Source of the DNA: Camelus ferus
Taxonomy: Eukaryota
NCBI RefSeq assembly: GCF_009834535.1
Contig: NC_045696.1
Coordinates: forward strand, 66,032,001-66,096,000
Direction: 5' to 3'
Length of the DNA: 64,000 nt
The notes beneath the pieces were generated by a model. It saw only the letters and a program-made list of their open reading frames with translations. It did not search any database and had not been told where the DNA came from. The position numbers were made by a program, and so were the translations under genes. This document shows positions 63,003-64,000 of this stretch, piece after piece; position 1 is the first letter of the stretch, and each line of letters begins with the position of its first letter.

Positions 63003-64000
63003 AAGGTCATCCAATTCAACTTACAGTCTGATACCTGAATCCCTTCAAAAATATTTTTGAAATGTGTTAACTCCATTTGTCTATCTCTTACGTGGACCTG
63101 TTTATGCTATTTGTAGAATTTTAATTGTTGGAGAAGTTAAGATGGAGCCAAAATTTTTATGTGATTCCATCAGTCTTAATTTCTTCCTCTTGTCCAGCAC
63201 CATATGGAGAAATTTAATTCCCTTTTCTTTATATTTGCCAATAGGCCTCAAAAATATTATTATTGAGCAGAAAATGAGGATATCCACCAAATGTTGAGTA
63301 TTGTTTGAAGATTCTCTAAGGTCTACAAATTCTAAAGGCTGACTTGTAATAGCCAGATATGGACAGATTTCCACAATATCTGCTTATTTTTTTTGTGGTA
63401 AGCCCCTTATCCATTTATTTGAAATTATCAAGTCAAGTGAGGTAATTATCAATTACGTAAAAACTAGATATTAACTCTGTAAACTAGGTCTGTCACAATC
63501 AAACCACCAACGACCTGCCTCATTGGCCACTGTCCTTTCCTCAGAAACATCAAGAGGATCTAACTTTGTGCCTTTGCTCATGCTGAGACTTCTGGCTGGT
63601 ATAGTCCTTGCTCATTCTTCAGTTTTTAAGATCGTGATCAAATGTTACTATTTTTATGAGCTTCCTTGGAATACACTTTCCCTGCAACATGACATCTGAC
63701 TGACAGAAATTCCCACTTCCTTTTGTTTATAATTCTTCTACAACATTCTTATCATGTTGTAGTTTGTCTGTAAGCCTGCTTCTCTGCTCTCACTCCCCAT
63801 TCAACTGTGCATTTAGTCTTCCAGGTAGAGACTGCTTCGCCCATCCTATCCTTAGAACTTCTAGGATCTGAATGGACATTTCTGGATATAACCCTGGACA
63901 CTTCAGGGATATTTAAAATAAATCTAGTAATACTAATGTATTAGTAACTTCATTTGGCTGATTTATCAGCTTGTGATACTGAAACTTAGGAGTTTGAAAA

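Noticed and set aside
1..64000. Prokaryote-type systems (CRISPR arrays, operons, defence islands, retrons)
   Set aside because: The window is intron-containing, CpG-depleted mammalian DNA. I saw no repeat-spacer array or dense coding region.

Overview
AT-rich, CpG-poor mammalian genomic DNA. The SINE and young L1 families point to a camelid, but this is inferred. The right-hand ~14 kb holds the 3' end of IL1RAP (IL-1 receptor accessory protein) on the minus strand. It comprises the transmembrane exon (62147-62290, or to 62296), the first TIR exon (60701-60844), the canonical last exon (CDS 57845-58212 plus a ~2.9 kb 3'UTR) and the alternative last exon of the long AcPb/687-aa isoform (CDS 50309-51027). 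The left ~49 kb appears intergenic and is mostly L1, L2, MIR, MaLR/ERVL LTR and DNA-transposon fossils; the ORF-track ORFs there look spurious. I found no evidence of a wholly new biological system. The best leads are: (1) the TM-exon acceptor reads AA at the human-equivalent position, with an in-frame AG 6 nt downstream; (2) a ~210-bp inverted repeat (17599-17808 / 18601-18810) marking a deletion-inversion-duplication of an old L1; (3) an intact alternative reading frame through the TM exon; (4) candidate RNA motifs around the proximal poly(A) site that could influence the AcP/AcPb choice. All repeat names and human comparisons come from recalled sequences, not database searches, and repeat boundaries are approximate.
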